Source of the DNA: a virus
Lineage: Duplodnaviria > Caudoviricetes
IMG/VR virus record: IMGVR_UViG_3300022909_002219
Span: 1 to 37,391 of that record
Direction: 5' to 3' (one strand)
Length of the DNA: 37,391 nt
In this document: positions 17,089 to 25,442 of the stretch, one piece after another
Numbering within the stretch: the first letter of the stretch is position 1
Layout of the letters: each line of letters starts with the position of its first letter
Made by a program: the position numbers and the translations under genes
Notes under the pieces: generated by a model
Told to the model about the DNA's origin: nothing
Databases searched by the model: none
What the model saw: the letters and a program-made list of their open reading frames with translations, nothing else

Positions 17089-18155
17089 ACAAATAATTTT
17101 TTATATTTTTCCAATACCAAAGGATTTTTTGGAGAGTACCTATCCAATACTTTTTTCGCGCTATTTTTATATTCTTCTAAATTTTTATCATGACAAGTCA
17201 AGGCCTCTCTCAATGCCTTTGCTCCAAGAATTGTATCGTAATTTGGATAATAGTATCCAGCATCTTTTATGTATTCAGAATTATGAACAAGCGGTATATT
17301 AAAGTGAAGAGCTTCAAGATATGTATAGTTTAATGCATTCATCAATTGATGTGATATAACCACATTAGCTTCTGTAGAAAATATCGTGCTAAACTTTTTT
17401 CTGTTTGCGAAAGTAATTTTACCTTTTTTTGTGATATCTAAATTCCACATCAGTGACTTAAAATATCTTTTATCCATTATCGTTGAAGCGCAGTATACTG
17501 TCAATTCCTCAAAAAGATTTTGATCAGACGCGAATAACTCTTCGGCAATAAAAATACTCGGAATGCAATTCTTTGTCATATTTAGATTGGGCTCGAGTAT
17601 CGCAATATTTTTTTCAAGCCCAGGTTCATAATAACAGCTTTTTCCCGCCTTATTCCAAACCTGCTCATGTATATCAGCATACATAGAGCTCCATATATAA
17701 GGCAGCTCAAAAACCTTTTGGGTTTTATAAAATGTCTTAAAATAAGACATGGAAAACTCATAATGAGGAGAGACCCAAATTTCATCAACACTATGATTAG
17801 GTATGCATACATTATCTAGCTTGCATTGCTCAATATCAGCAAGTAACCTATTCCCATAATGCACATGAATGTTTTTGCAGTTTTTATTTTGAGATTTCAA
17901 AAAATCTACTTTATCGTTCGCAACAACCCAACCTGTTTGCAATAAATAATCAACTTTAGGTAGATTCAACCATTCTTTTTCTTCATAAATTAATAGGTCA
18001 CTTGGCGGATCAATGCATTCATCAATATCATGATTTATAACAATAATAGGATTACAACCAATGTCTTTAATAAGGTCCGCTAAAAATACAATATTTTGTT
18101 GCAAACCATTACAAAAAAGACCTTTATCAAAACTCGCAGTTAATACAATATTCAT
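17085..18155 (-). CDS. DUF2827-like putative glycosyltransferase (tandem paralog)
   Basis: LFCNGLQQNIVFL, ILEPNL...KNCIPS, VISHQ...LNY, PLVHNS...GYYYPNYD; ATGA overlap with the next gene. Confidence 0.75.
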   Translation of the reverse strand: MNIVLTASFDKGLFCNGLQQNIVFLADLIKDIGCNPIIVINHDIDECIDPPSDLLIYEEKEWLNLPKVDYLLQTGWVVANDKVDFLKSQNKNCKNIHVHYGNRLLADIEQCKLDNVCIPNHSVDEIWVSPHYEFSMSYFKTFYKTQKVFELPYIWSSMYADIHEQVWNKAGKSCYYEPGLEKNIAILEPNLNMTKNCIPSIFIAEELFASDQNLFEELTVYCASTIMDKRYFKSLMWNLDITKKGKITFANRKKFSTIFSTEANVVISHQLMNALNYTYLEALHFNIPLVHNSEYIKDAGYYYPNYDTILGAKALREALTCHDKNLEEYKNSAKKVLDRYSPKNPLVLEKYKKLFV

Positions 18156-18168
18156 GTCTCTAAAAGTT

Positions 18169-18174
18169 TACACA
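18169..18174 (-). promoter_or_regulatory. GTGTA motif upstream of the glycosyltransferase operon
   Basis: TTTGTGTAAACTTTTAGAGAC-ATG, 13 nt from motif to the start at 18155. Confidence 0.55.
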
Positions 18175-18178
18175 AATA

Positions 18179-18658
18179 CTAATCTTTATGCACAGCAATA
18201 TCTAAATAATTTCCAGTTTCTAGCATTTGATCCGATAAAGCTACATAAAAACCTGTCTCGGATACGTTGTATGTAGAGTATCCATAAATAAAATCTGAAG
18301 ACTCATCGATTCTCATGGAAACAGATACTTGTGGCGGAGTTGCGTAAAAAGTTGTATCACCGATATCTTGATAATTAAAAGACAAAGTATCAACCCCTGA
18401 AGGAATAATCAATGAAGTGGAGAAAGTTCTTTGAGCATCAATAGCATCATTTAAAGTTTCTCCTAATTTTCTAATTTTTACCCAGTCTGTGGTATTATTT
18501 TCTCCAGTTTTTTCGTAAATAAAATTAGTATCAGAATCAATATAATGAGAACCTACTATTCCAGCAGCTTTTGCACTACCAGATGGCGGCCCCGAATCAG
18601 TAATGAGGGGCTTTCTTATGCCTAAATTAGCATTAACGAAAGTTTCGAACGCGCCCAT
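18179..18658 (-). CDS. Small putative virion protein whose C-terminal beta domain resembles the duplicated domain of the 1414-aa fibre
   Basis: 159 aa directly downstream of the portal-like gene; PPQVSVSMRID...IYGYSTYNVSETGFYVALS resembles IPAVCTQLEIE...IIPYVLSGVSETGFHVVFA. Confidence 0.65.
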   Translation of the reverse strand: MGAFETFVNANLGIRKPLITDSGPPSGSAKAAGIVGSHYIDSDTNFIYEKTGENNTTDWVKIRKLGETLNDAIDAQRTFSTSLIIPSGVDTLSFNYQDIGDTTFYATPPQVSVSMRIDESSDFIYGYSTYNVSETGFYVALSDQMLETGNYLDIAVHKD

Positions 18659-18661
18659 CTC

Positions 18662-20644
18662 TTAATCCTCCTTGTTGCTGTGATACAAAAGAGCTGCAGA
18701 ATACAAATCCAATTCATGCCTCAGCGACAATTCTTGTATTTCATTCATTACTTCCAAAGAAGCTATCTCCTCAGAGTCCTCAACACAAGCGTGAAGTTTA
18801 TCTTGCCAACTCAAAGGGTCTCCGGACGAAACGATTGATTCACACAATTCGTCAATCATTTTCTTTTCGGAATTTTTAAGCTTCTTTTTATTTAATTTTT
18901 TACGCATAGCTTTATAACCACAATCCCTTAATTCCTCAGTAGAGTATATAACTTTTTGAAGATCTTTTCTTGAGTATAATTCCTTGTCTACCGACTTGCT
19001 TTCTTGAGGTATGCCTGATGTACCCACCGGCCTACCCACTTCTCCCTTTGGAGAATTTACTTGATCGTCTCCAACTTCAGGAGCAATCATGGGAACACCC
19101 CCGACAATTGGATTATACATACCCTCTTTTCGTTGTTCAATATACTTTTCTTGAGCAACTTCCATTTCTTCGGGTTTTGGATATGAGCCTTTTTCTAGAA
19201 CATTCATTCCTTGTTCAGGAGTTATGATTCCAAGCTCCATCAATCTAGTGGCGACTCTTTGAAGTTGAACCTCATCTTTTATATCGGTTTGTTCAAATTT
19301 TACAGTAGGATATTTCCTAAAACCAAGGTTTTGGCAAATCATTTTAACCTGAGGTTGCAAGAAATCATGTATGAATGCATTGCGAGATTCTTCTAAACGC
19401 TCTAAAAATATTTTAGCCTTAACTTGAGTATTGCTATAACGCTCATCGCCGACAATCACATTTTGCAAACCTTCTTTAATGTCATTATTGATAACCTCAT
19501 ACTTTGCAGGCCCAACAACTTTACCAATATCAGGAATAACAAACTGAGCTTTCGTTGTATAATCGCTAACAAGAACGCGTCCAACACTTTCGTTTTTGAA
19601 AAGATTCTGCATCGCTTCCATGTTTCTTGGATTTATTCCACCCTTGTCTGGCTCGGCGCCCATGGTTATGAGTAATATAACATTTTCAATTGTGCGACAT
19701 ATGGCTTGATCGATTTGTTTTAATTCTAATTTAAAATTAATATCATCAAGAACAGGGTAACCAAAAGGAATTGCGAAAGGCTCGTAGTCTTGTTTTTTGT
19801 AAAATGAATATACAAGATGCCCAGGATCAAGTTTTATTCTTATTCCATCACTGTTGTATTTTCCTGTGCGAATTTTTTCTTTTGTGTCATCATCTAACGC
19901 TTCATATACCTGTTGGTCATATTCGGTTTTTGGGTTCCTGAGTCGCTCGATATCGTATTCACTCAATATTTTTTCGTATAAACCTGTCTCAAAAGAGGAT
20001 CCTTTTGTTGCAACAATATCATATGGATTCAGTAGGATATAACGAACAGGTAGATTTCCAGGTTTAAGAGCTAAGCTTGAACCGTAAATTTTAGTGAGTT
20101 TATCGAAGTCTGATTTTGAAAACTTTCCATCAACCCTATACATGAAAATATTTCCGCTTCTATAATATTCTCTAAAATACTGATCTTTTAAGTTCCAAAG
20201 ATTGATTCTCTCAAACCATTTATAAACAAAATCTCTTGAGTTTTGAGTGCCCCCTTCAAGATAAATATTAGAATTAGCAAATTCAGACATAACATCAATT
20301 GCATTTCTAAATACAGATATGTTTGCATAAGCTTTCTGACAAAGCTCTATTGTATCCCTTACATTCACTCCGTCTGTCCCGTATACATAAGGAAGCATTC
20401 CGCCAGAAATATTAGAGAATCTGTGCTTTTTATCAGACTTGTGCGTTACATTGCGCCTAGAAGCGAATTCATCGGACCCTGATTGAGATCTAGAGTATGC
20501 TGCTTTAGACTCAATATAGTAAGGTTCACCAGAAGAAGATGGTCCAATTAAAGGAGATTCAATAAAGTCATTCAAATTCGGGGCGGAATCTTTATCAAAT
20601 TTCTTCCAATAATCAGAGCGTTTTACATATTTTCTCTTACTCAT
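18662..20644 (-). CDS. Putative portal protein
   Basis: 660 aa. AYANISVFRNAIDVMSEF...FREYYRSGNIFMYR...YILLNP...FAIPFGYPVLDDI...LMELGIITPEQ follow the order of portal-like motifs; heads the structural arm. Confidence 0.6.
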   Translation of the reverse strand: MSKRKYVKRSDYWKKFDKDSAPNLNDFIESPLIGPSSSGEPYYIESKAAYSRSQSGSDEFASRRNVTHKSDKKHRFSNISGGMLPYVYGTDGVNVRDTIELCQKAYANISVFRNAIDVMSEFANSNIYLEGGTQNSRDFVYKWFERINLWNLKDQYFREYYRSGNIFMYRVDGKFSKSDFDKLTKIYGSSLALKPGNLPVRYILLNPYDIVATKGSSFETGLYEKILSEYDIERLRNPKTEYDQQVYEALDDDTKEKIRTGKYNSDGIRIKLDPGHLVYSFYKKQDYEPFAIPFGYPVLDDINFKLELKQIDQAICRTIENVILLITMGAEPDKGGINPRNMEAMQNLFKNESVGRVLVSDYTTKAQFVIPDIGKVVGPAKYEVINNDIKEGLQNVIVGDERYSNTQVKAKIFLERLEESRNAFIHDFLQPQVKMICQNLGFRKYPTVKFEQTDIKDEVQLQRVATRLMELGIITPEQGMNVLEKGSYPKPEEMEVAQEKYIEQRKEGMYNPIVGGVPMIAPEVGDDQVNSPKGEVGRPVGTSGIPQESKSVDKELYSRKDLQKVIYSTEELRDCGYKAMRKKLNKKKLKNSEKKMIDELCESIVSSGDPLSWQDKLHACVEDSEEIASLEVMNEIQELSLRHELDLYSAALLYHSNKED

Positions 20645-20653
20645 TCATTATGG

Positions 20654-20728
20654 TACACGAAAGTTAAAGTAAAGTCTACTAAAAGTCTAAAGTTAACTTT
20701 TAAACTTTCAACTTTCAAGAAATGTGTA
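20654..20728. promoter_or_regulatory. Divergent control region: back-to-back GTGTA motifs flanking an inverted AAAGT/ACTTT array
   Basis: TACAC at 20654, five AAAGT, central palindrome AAAGTTAACTTT (20689-20700), three ACTTT, GTGTA at 20724; each motif is 9 nt from an ATG. Confidence 0.7.
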
Positions 20729-20737
20729 CATGATTAC

Positions 20738-20917
20738 ATGTCTCAAGAAAATAATAAAAGATGCACTATTACAACTGAAAACGGTGAAATCGGCGGAACG
20801 ATCCTTAACGAATTCGAAGAAATCGGTGGTCCTGATGATGGAGCATTGTTTGCGGTAATAGAATTAGATAATGGCCAACTTATTACAGTCAAAATGTCAG
20901 AAGTTTTTGGCGACTAA
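20738..20917 (+). CDS. Hypothetical 59-aa protein (absent from ORF track)
   Basis: MSQENNKRCTITTENGEIGGTILNEFEEIGGPDDGALFAVIELDNGQLITVKMSEVFGD*; fills the gap and is preceded by GTGTA-N9. Confidence 0.75.
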   Translation: MSQENNKRCTITTENGEIGGTILNEFEEIGGPDDGALFAVIELDNGQLITVKMSEVFGD

Positions 20918-20937
20918 AAGTGTAATACATAATTATC

Positions 20938-21177
20938 ATGAGCGAGCATACAGAAAATCCTAACTTTAGATACAGTAACGATAATCGAGATTTAACGCCC
21001 CAAGCAATCAGTTATCCTTCACAACAAGAAGTGAGACAAGATTCTAACAAGGGAGATCGAGATTACTATCCAAACGATAATGGAGGATATTATGCGAACT
21101 CAAACAGAGACGACATTTCAACCGTAGACCCAACAAACAAAAAACAACCACCAAATTCAAATTATAAAATATTATGA
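20938..21177 (+). CDS. Hypothetical low-complexity hydrophilic protein
   Basis: 79 aa, N/D/Y-rich; GTGTA-N13 upstream; ATGA overlap with the next gene. Confidence 0.65.
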   Translation: MSEHTENPNFRYSNDNRDLTPQAISYPSQQEVRQDSNKGDRDYYPNDNGGYYANSNRDDISTVDPTNKKQPPNSNYKIL

Positions 21178-23249
21178 TCTTTGCTATCTTCACTTTGCTC
21201 TCGGCATTAAGTATTTCTGTTATTGCCGCTTATTTTAGTATCATAGGACTTGCCACAATCTTTCCTGGATCCATAGAGGCTGTTATAGCCATGGGTGCAG
21301 CTCTAGAAGTTGGAAAAATTGTTGCAGCAATCTGGCTTCATAAAAACTGGAAGTCAGCGCCCACAACATTAAAAATTTATTTATTTTCTGCTATTTTAGT
21401 ATTGATGGGAATAACAAGCATGGGTATCTTTGGCTTTCTTTCAAAGTCTCACATTGAACACGAACAAAACAGCGTCAAAGCTCAGGCGCTCGTTGAACAA
21501 GTGGAAACAAAGATATTTCGAGAACAAGAATACATCAAAAGACAAAAAGAGTTGATCACTCAAAACCAACAAAAAAATCAAAACTTATCCGACAAAAGCT
21601 CTGAAAACATCGAACTAGAACAAAAGAAAATAGCTCAACTCACTGAACAACTCGAAAAAGATATTGAACTTGATAATAAAATGCTGGCTCCAATTCAATC
21701 AAGATTAGATAAATTAAATGATGAATTGAATCAAGTAAAAAACAAATCAGGAGGATTATTCTCAAACAAGAAAAAAGATGTTGAAAGTAAAATTGCAGAG
21801 CAATCAGTTGAAAGACAAGAACTTGCTACCAAGAAAAAACAAATAGAAGATCGCATATCAAAATATCGCAACGAAACATCCTCTTTAATTTCTGACATCA
21901 GAAAAAGAATACAAGATTATCAAACAATAGGATTTGAAAAACCTGAAAATGTAGAACAAAAAATAGAACAATTAAATAAAAATATTAGTTCTTCGCTTGA
22001 TAAAATAGATGAACTAGAAAGACAGAAGTTTGATCTTGATGATGGATCCCGCCAACTAGAGGCAGAAGTTGGCCCAATTAAATATGTCGCCGAATTGGTT
22101 GCCGACTTTACGGGCATGGAATTTGACATTGGTAAAGCGGTAAGAATGGTTATCATTATATTGATCTTTGTGTTCGATCCTCTAGCGGTACTGCTCGTCC
22201 TTGCTGCGCACATAAGCTTGAGCAAAAAGTTTCCGAAAGCAATGCAAGACGAAGCTGTGGCCTTTGAGAAAATTGCAGAAATTGAAGCTCAACAAAAGCT
22301 TTTAGAGAAAGAGGAACTAGATATTCAAGAGCGCAAGAAGGATCTTGATCAAGAAAATAAAATACTAGAACTTCAAGAAAATCAAGCCAAAAAGTATCAA
22401 CAAGAAATACTGGAAAACAAAGAAACTTTGCGGCTATTGAAGCTTGAGTCTCAAAAAGAAATACTCAAAAAAGAAGATACATCTGCAATAACTCAAGAAA
22501 TAGAAGAGTTGATTCGCCAAAAAGATATCGAGCAAGAAGAAATACAGGAAATAAAAATACAAAAAAAGAAACTTCTTGATCGCGCAGAAGAAACCATAAA
22601 AAGCGCAAAGGAAATTAAAACTGTTCTTGGCAAACATAATGATCAAAAAAATAAAATAGAAGAATTAAAATCTGAGATATGCATCAACATCGAACAATTC
22701 TCGAAACTTAAAAAACAAATCCAAAAATTAGAATACTCAGAACAAGATGCATCAAAATTAAATAAAAAATTTGAAGCAGATATCATTGAATTAAAAGACA
22801 AAAACCAACAGCTCGAGGATTTGAATAAAAAATTAACCGCAGAAAACACTCAACTCAAAAACAGAAAAATACCCGATCCCAACGAAGATCTTAAAAATAA
22901 AATATCAAATCTCATTGATCAAAAAAATCAAATACTTGAAGAGAATTTAATTTTAAAAGAAAAAGATATATTGAAAATAAAAATTACATCCAAAAATGGA
23001 AAAGACTTTTGTTTATCGGTTGATTCAATATTAGGAGGATGTCACACATTTTCCAAAGAACAAGATTTCTCAGAACAGCAAATCAATTCATTTTGTGATC
23101 TAAGCAAAGAATTGGACAAAGATTGTGAATCTCGAGATGCCGAAAAACTACTCAATCTTTATGAAACAAAAATTATTCAAATTGTTAGCCACAAAATTAG
23201 CAACATTGAATATCGTAAACTGAGACCAAATTATAAATTTTTACCTTGA
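21174..23249 (+). CDS. Membrane-anchored coiled-coil phage protein
   Basis: About three N-terminal hydrophobic segments (AYFSIIGL, ALEVGKIVA, ITSMGIFGFLSK), a long coiled coil, EAEVGPIKY...IFVFDPLAVLLVLAA hydrophobic segment and a second coiled coil. Confidence 0.75.
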   Translation: MIFAIFTLLSALSISVIAAYFSIIGLATIFPGSIEAVIAMGAALEVGKIVAAIWLHKNWKSAPTTLKIYLFSAILVLMGITSMGIFGFLSKSHIEHEQNSVKAQALVEQVETKIFREQEYIKRQKELITQNQQKNQNLSDKSSENIELEQKKIAQLTEQLEKDIELDNKMLAPIQSRLDKLNDELNQVKNKSGGLFSNKKKDVESKIAEQSVERQELATKKKQIEDRISKYRNETSSLISDIRKRIQDYQTIGFEKPENVEQKIEQLNKNISSSLDKIDELERQKFDLDDGSRQLEAEVGPIKYVAELVADFTGMEFDIGKAVRMVIIILIFVFDPLAVLLVLAAHISLSKKFPKAMQDEAVAFEKIAEIEAQQKLLEKEELDIQERKKDLDQENKILELQENQAKKYQQEILENKETLRLLKLESQKEILKKEDTSAITQEIEELIRQKDIEQEEIQEIKIQKKKLLDRAEETIKSAKEIKTVLGKHNDQKNKIEELKSEICINIEQFSKLKKQIQKLEYSEQDASKLNKKFEADIIELKDKNQQLEDLNKKLTAENTQLKNRKIPDPNEDLKNKISNLIDQKNQILEENLILKEKDILKIKITSKNGKDFCLSVDSILGGCHTFSKEQDFSEQQINSFCDLSKELDKDCESRDAEKLLNLYETKIIQIVSHKISNIEYRKLRPNYKFLP

Positions 23250-23274
23250 CTTACTGACGCACATATGGTAAACT
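23246..23274 (+). promoter_or_regulatory. Sigma70-type promoter, probably leaderless
   Basis: TTGACT-N17-TAAACT with TG extended -10; GTG start 6 nt after the -10. Confidence 0.7.
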
Positions 23275-23280
23275 TGTTGG

Positions 23281-23613
23281 GTGAAAAAATTCAACAAGCG
23301 CGAAATAATAAAAAAAATAGTATTCGAACCAGACAAGCAAAAGCGTATATTCTGGGCTCGAGAGATGAAACTATTAAATGATCTGCTAGAAATTTTTCCC
23401 AATCAAGATTTCTGGCAACGTATGACTTTCATTAAAGTTCCTTCTCTTGCCGTGCTTAGAGCTGGCGCTGGACTAAAAAATCTAACAAAAAAATACAAGG
23501 ACTTTAATTATAAAATTCCAGAAAAAAAAGAATTTCCTATAGGAGATAAAACCGGAGAAGATAAAATAATCTCGAAAAAACCAAAAACAATACGACAATT
23601 TATAGATGAGTAA
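23281..23613 (+). CDS. Hypothetical basic protein
   Basis: 110 aa, GTG start after a promoter, overlaps the recA start. Confidence 0.75.
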   Translation: MKKFNKREIIKKIVFEPDKQKRIFWAREMKLLNDLLEIFPNQDFWQRMTFIKVPSLAVLRAGAGLKNLTKKYKDFNYKIPEKKEFPIGDKTGEDKIISKKPKTIRQFIDE

Positions 23614-24712
23614 AACAAAAGACATACAAACAACAGATCAAATAGCAAAATTTCTTTCTGATAAAGATAATCAGAAATATCATTACAACTTCCATGAATC
23701 AGAAGAATACAAAATATCAAGCGGTAGTTTGAATTTAGATATTGCCCTTGGAGGAGGACTTCCAAGTGGAGCGCATAGATTCACAGGAATCAACGAAGGC
23801 GGTAAAACTAGCTGCGCCATGGCATTCGCAAAGAATTTCCAAAAGCACTTTGGAGATAAAGGTATGATTATATACATCAAGAGCGAAGGTAGGTTTAGTC
23901 CCGAAATGATACAGAGATCAGGAATCGATACTGACCCAGAAAAGTTTTTTGTTTTTGATTGCAATATATTCGAAAAAGTATTTGAGCTTGTAAGAGAGCT
24001 TGTTTTTAATAATGATCATGACAAAAAATACATGTTTATCATTGATAGTGTTGATGCATTATGCAGGGTTGGAGATATCGACAAACCATTCGCTGAAAGT
24101 GAGCAAGTTGCAGGAGGCGCATTGATCACATCTGTGTTTCTCAAGAAAATGGTTCTACCCATCACAAAGATGGGGCACACAATGATTTTAACAAGTCAAG
24201 TTCGAGTAGAAGTTGCTACAAATCCTTATGCCGCTAGAGGAGGACCTAAAGTAAAACAAGCAGGCGGAAATGCAATCAAACACTATGCAAACTTTATTCT
24301 TGAATTTGAAGAGCGTTACAATTCCGATCTCATATTTAAAAATCCAACAGCAACCAAATTAGATGAAAAAGGAGAGCCGATAGGTCACTATTGTAAAATA
24401 CGTTTTCGCAAAAGCGTAAATGAAAAAACTGGATCCACTGTTCGCTATCCAATCAAGTACGGCCAAAAAGACGGCAAATCGGTTTGGCGTGCAAGAGAAA
24501 TATTAGACATGCTTTATCTTTTTAATTTGATCGACAAAAAAGGCGCGTGGATATCTGTGTCTGAAGACCTGATCAAAGAGCTTTCAGATAAAAAGTTTGA
24601 GATCAATGAAAAATTTCAAGGAGAACAAAGGTTGATAGACTTCCTAGAAGAAAATGAAAAACTATCTGATTTTCTTTATGAGGATTTCAAAAATTTAACC
24701 AATGCGCTTTAA
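23606..24712 (+). CDS. recA: RecA/UvsX-like recombinase
   Basis: ISSGSLNLDIALGGGLP, Walker A GINEGGKT, Walker B FIIDSV, SQVR, AGGNAIKHYA, KKGAW. Confidence 0.9.
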   Translation: MSKTKDIQTTDQIAKFLSDKDNQKYHYNFHESEEYKISSGSLNLDIALGGGLPSGAHRFTGINEGGKTSCAMAFAKNFQKHFGDKGMIIYIKSEGRFSPEMIQRSGIDTDPEKFFVFDCNIFEKVFELVRELVFNNDHDKKYMFIIDSVDALCRVGDIDKPFAESEQVAGGALITSVFLKKMVLPITKMGHTMILTSQVRVEVATNPYAARGGPKVKQAGGNAIKHYANFILEFEERYNSDLIFKNPTATKLDEKGEPIGHYCKIRFRKSVNEKTGSTVRYPIKYGQKDGKSVWRAREILDMLYLFNLIDKKGAWISVSEDLIKELSDKKFEINEKFQGEQRLIDFLEENEKLSDFLYEDFKNLTNAL

Positions 24713-25112
24713 GACCCTTACAGGGGCAACCCGAACAGTCAAAAAAGCCAAAAACTTTTTGATTGACTGGGACGGTAAAAGCAGAAGTAAAATTCAATAC
24801 AATGCAAAACAATTCCTGAAAAAGTATTGGAACAATCATATTGTATTCGAAGAATTTCCTGTGGCAGGAACAAAGCTATCGCTAGACTTTTATAATGCAA
24901 ACAAAAAAATAGCAGTGGAAGTTCAAGGCAGACAACACACAAAGTATGTTCCATTCTTTCATGGCAAAAATAAAATCAATTATCTCAATCAATTAAAACG
25001 CGATCAAGACAAGTTAAATTTTTGTGAATTGAATGATATACAATTGGTTGAAATATATGATGGAGACGAATTGAGTGAGAAACTTTTCGAAAGTTTTGGT
25101 GTTATTCTTTAG
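24702..25112 (+). CDS. PD-(D/E)xK endonuclease (DUF559/Vsr-like)
   Basis: EEFPV...LSLDFY...IAVEVQGRQH...KRDQDKLNFC...IQLVEI. Confidence 0.75.
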   Translation: MRFKTLTGATRTVKKAKNFLIDWDGKSRSKIQYNAKQFLKKYWNNHIVFEEFPVAGTKLSLDFYNANKKIAVEVQGRQHTKYVPFFHGKNKINYLNQLKRDQDKLNFCELNDIQLVEIYDGDELSEKLFESFGVIL

Positions 25113-25129
25113 TTTGTGTAATATATAGT

Positions 25130-25411
25130 ATGAGCGACGACTATATTGACCCAGAAAATTTGAATAAATTTAATTTGCCAGAAAGTATTTTAACTCAATT
25201 GTTTGAATTCACAGGCTCAACAGGAGGAGATAGCGGATTTATTTTATCATTTGTAAATCAAGATGGCTTGCCTTCTGTTATAACAAAAGCTAATTCCCCG
25301 ATAATTGAAATGGGTTTAAGAAAAGCTTTAGAGCAGTATCTCGAACAGGTAGCCGCACAAGAAATTGGATTAAACTTTCCTCCCGACATGGGAGACGAAG
25401 AAAGCCCTTGA
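25130..25411 (+). CDS. Hypothetical acidic protein
   Basis: 93 aa; GTGTA-N9-ATG upstream (25116). Confidence 0.7.
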   Translation: MSDDYIDPENLNKFNLPESILTQLFEFTGSTGGDSGFILSFVNQDGLPSVITKANSPIIEMGLRKALEQYLEQVAAQEIGLNFPPDMGDEESP

Positions 25412-25436
25412 CTTTTTAAACTAATTCTGGTAAGAT
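25408..25436 (+). promoter_or_regulatory. Sigma70-type promoter, probably leaderless
   Basis: TTGACT-N17-TAAGAT with TG extended -10; dnaB ATG 6 nt after the -10. Confidence 0.7.
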
Positions 25437-25442
25437 GTAGGA

